A stretch of 64,000 nucleotides of DNA from Vicugna vicugna (taxonomy: Eukaryota): the NCBI GenBank assembly GCA_013265495.1, contig MU059922.1:2984661-3048660 (forward strand), in the 5' to 3' direction. The position numbers and the translations under genes were made by a program. Below are positions 63,540 through 64,000 of the stretch, piece by piece; the stretch's first letter is position 1; every line of letters begins with the position of its first letter. A model generated the notes under the pieces. That model was not told the DNA's origin. It saw only the letters and a program-made list of their open reading frames with translations, and did no database searches.

Positions 63540-63945
63540 AGGAATGGAAATCACCCAGTAAAACTGGCTTAAAAATAAGGTAATTTACCATCTCACGTAA
63601 CAAGAAGGTCATAGGTGGACCTGCCCCAGGTGTCAGGGTTGTGGCACCACTGTTCACTTATACTCTTGTTTTCTGTCCCTCTGCGTGTTGGCTTCATCCT
63701 TAGGATGGAAGTAAGAGGGCTGTGTTGGTTACAGCTGTGATAGCTAGACACAAAAACATCCAGAGGAAGGTGAAAAACTTTACTCTTTCTCAGGAGTAGG
63801 CAGATTTTCCTGGAAGCCCCTAGTGACTTTCTCTTGCATCTCATTGGCCAGAACTGAGTCCCATTGCCCATCCCTAAATCCCAGCAAGGGAACCGGGGTC
63901 ACCATGATTGGTTTAGACAAATCAAAATATTCTGAAGCTGGGGAT
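63540..63945 (-). mobile_element. MLT1I/J-like MaLR LTR
   Basis: 'aactggcttaaaaataaggtaattt..gtgttggcttcatccttagg..tctcattggccagaactgagtcccattgcccatccctaa..catgattggtttagac'. Confidence 0.75.
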
Positions 63946-64000
63946 AAAGTCATCTTTTCTTCGGCTACTTGGGAGAAATAGGTTGTGGGGGCAGGAAAAA

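Noticed and set aside
1-64000. CRISPR arrays, tRNA/rRNA/snRNA/snoRNA genes, processed pseudogenes, full-length ERV or intact L1
   Set aside because: I saw no regularly spaced repeats, no recognisable RNA-gene sequence, no polyA- and TSD-flanked mRNA copy, and no gag/pol/env between LTRs. An Rfam/tRNAscan run would be the decisive check.

Overview
This 64 kb window is non-coding mammalian genomic DNA. It is probably from a cetartiodactyl and most likely a camelid. That is an inference from the L1 3' tail type and from seeing no Alu, B1, Can-SINE, ERE, PRE1, CHR-2 or Bov-tA SINE by eye. I could not recognise any protein-coding exon, RNA gene or named gene, and none of the supplied ORFs looks like a real CDS. 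The main landmark is a CpG island at ~31.0-31.6 kb with GC boxes, a CRE-like site, an E-box and a G4 motif. It is probably a promoter with a non-coding first exon; the direction is unresolved but leans to the + strand. The rest is intron-like or intergenic sequence rich in transposable elements: lineage-specific and old L1 fragments, L2, MIR, a CR1/L3 relic, MaLR and ERV1-type solo LTRs (several with readable TSDs), hAT MITEs and microsatellites. There are four N gaps of 128-178 nt. The most notable details are (1) a ~35-45 nt segment apparently copied from 4.1 kb into an old L1 at 5.67 kb, (2) a compact twin-priming inverted L1 at 13.8-14.0 kb, (3) an old ~135 bp local duplication at 52.2/52.5 kb, (4) a cluster of same-orientation ERV LTRs and L1 at 13.8-18 kb, and (5) several small CpG-rich patches, one overlapping a MIR. 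I found no convincing novel biological system. Repeat family names come from remembered consensus sequences, and repeat boundaries are approximate unless a TSD is quoted.
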